Shown here piece after piece: positions 36,495-37,821 of a stretch of DNA of 37,821 nucleotides (positions are counted from its first letter, which is position 1; each line of letters begins with the position of its first letter). Below the pieces are notes generated by a model. The model did no database searches, had not been told where the DNA came from, and saw nothing but the letters and a program-made list of their open reading frames with translations. Source of the DNA: Candidatus Hadarchaeia archaeon. Its GTDB lineage: Archaea > Hadarchaeota > Hadarchaeia > Hadarchaeales > JAGGTB01. A program made the translations under genes and the position numbers. Location of the stretch: positions 1-37,821 of the forward strand of contig JBKHIS010000003.1 of NCBI GenBank assembly GCA_046538535.1. The letters are read 5' to 3'.

Positions 36495-37821
36495 TTAAAT
36501 CTGGAGCTTTGTCCGTTTATTTTCAATTCTCTTTTCAATTCCATCCGCGATTTGCTTGGGGTCGTCACCTACAGCCAACTTACCTCCTGTAAGTTCCTCG
36601 ACATCTTCTGTCAAAAGCTTAACGACGTTTTCGCTCCCGGTCACTGGTGGGGTCGGTGAAACATGAGTATATATCCCGTACCCGATTGCCGCTATGGCTG
36701 CTATTGTCGCCTTTTGCTCCATATACTCAGGGGCCGATACGGCGATTGGCAAATCGGTTGGATCCACGCCAATGTAGTTTGCTAAGTCACTTACCAAGTT
36801 TATTAACCTACCTGAATCTGTGCACGTCCCAAAGCTCAAAACTGGCGGAATGCTTAACTTTTCGCAAACTGATTTTAGTTTCCTGCCAGCTTTTTCCTGA
36901 GCGTCTAGGCTGGTTAGACCACCAACTTGGAGACCAGCGTTTCCACAACCGGCACTTAGTACTAAAATATCTCGCTTGATCAACTCTTCAGCTAGATTTA
37001 TGGTGTTTTGATCCTGGGGCCCATTTTTCAGAGTTGTACAACTAATTATTGCACCGATGCCTTTGATATTTCCTTCAGTTATATTTTCGACCAGCGGCTC
37101 GAGAGAACCACCCAATAAGTTGACAAGTGATTTTGGTGAAAAGCCAGTTTCTATTTTCTGTTTATAATCTGGTACCTGTGTTTCTTCTCCCTGTCTCTCG
37201 TTAAAGTTCTCGATAGCTCTATTTATTATTTCCATAGCCTGTTTCTCGGCCTTTTCTGGCTTATAATTTAGGTCGTGTTTTACTCCAGGAATATTTACAA
37301 GCTTAGTTATTGGAATTATTTTAGAGTTGTATTTTTCGGCGTACTCTCCCGCGGTAGGTACAGTACAGTTCATGTCAGCAACGAACGCGTCAACTACTCC
37401 CGTTGCGAGTACATATTCCTCATTTAGCCAGTTCCCTGTTAGTCCAACAAAAACATCATCTATTTCGAATCTCTGTAGGAGCTCTTGTCCTGTCTCAATT
37501 GATCCTACAATCCTAACTCCTTTAGCTCCATTTTCTTTGGCCTTTTCCTGAACCTCGCCTCTTCTTGCAACTTTGATCAGGGCTGCTCCCATGAATGGTT
37601 CATGACCATTGGGCAAAATATTGACATAGTCTGGATCCAGAATACCCATATCAACTTCGGCCGTGTGTGGCTCGGCGGCTCCAAAAAGGATATCCTGAAT
37701 CTCCTCCAGTAACGTGAGAGATCCATAGGCCGTTGACAAACCCATTCTTAGGGTCTTTAGTGCCATGCTCTCGTAATCACTATCCACGTTAGTCATTACG
37801 CTGGTTTGGACATCCATCATT
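36495..37821 (-). CDS. cooS: CooS/CO-dehydrogenase-family catalytic subunit, variant C-cluster (5' truncated by the window)
   Basis: NGHEP, DMNCT, GFS, ISCTT, SAGCG, FGTCTDSGR and PEYMEQKA; canonical CCTGNE reads IETGQE. Confidence 0.88.
   Translation of the reverse strand, partial: MMDVQTSVMTNVDSDYESMALKTLRMGLSTAYGSLTLLEEIQDILFGAAEPHTAEVDMGILDPDYVNILPNGHEPFMGAALIKVARRGEVQEKAKENGAKGVRIVGSIETGQELLQRFEIDDVFVGLTGNWLNEEYVLATGVVDAFVADMNCTVPTAGEYAEKYNSKIIPITKLVNIPGVKHDLNYKPEKAEKQAMEIINRAIENFNERQGEETQVPDYKQKIETGFSPKSLVNLLGGSLEPLVENITEGNIKGIGAIISCTTLKNGPQDQNTINLAEELIKRDILVLSAGCGNAGLQVGGLTSLDAQEKAGRKLKSVCEKLSIPPVLSFGTCTDSGRLINLVSDLANYIGVDPTDLPIAVSAPEYMEQKATIAAIAAIGYGIYTHVSPTPPVTGSENVVKLLTEDVEELTGGKLAVGDDPKQIADGIEKRIENKRTKLQI

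Noticed and set aside
1-37821. CRISPR array, tRNA, rRNA or provirus
   Set aside because: No regularly spaced direct repeats, cloverleaf or rRNA-like segments, integrase or capsid genes seen by eye; a covariance-model scan would be needed to exclude small RNAs.

Overview
Archaeal chromosomal segment. Evidence: Sec61beta/SecG, AK6/Fap7-type kinase end, Tsr3, archaeal GlyRS, thermosome, and GGTGA-type ribosome-binding sites. The acidic proteins, trehalose-phosphate synthase and anaerobic enzymes suggest an anaerobic, probably halophilic lineage such as MSBL1 (inference only). About 30 ordinary CDSs are present; I found no rRNA, tRNA or CRISPR array. Points of interest: (1) a sugar cluster with a GatZ-type epimerase, a tagatose-kinase-like PfkB, GH4, a stand-alone OtsA and GH31; (2) an archaeal type IV pilin domain joined, across a frameshift, to a glycosidase-like beta-propeller; (3) a partial CooS whose C-cluster Cys-Cys motif is replaced by SIET; (4) two genes that appear to need ATT/ATA starts; (5) two zinc-finger microproteins missing from the ORF track; (6) decayed relics: a DUF4870-like pseudogene, an IS5/IS903-group end and a histidine-kinase fragment. 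All family calls come from motif recognition by eye, not database searches.
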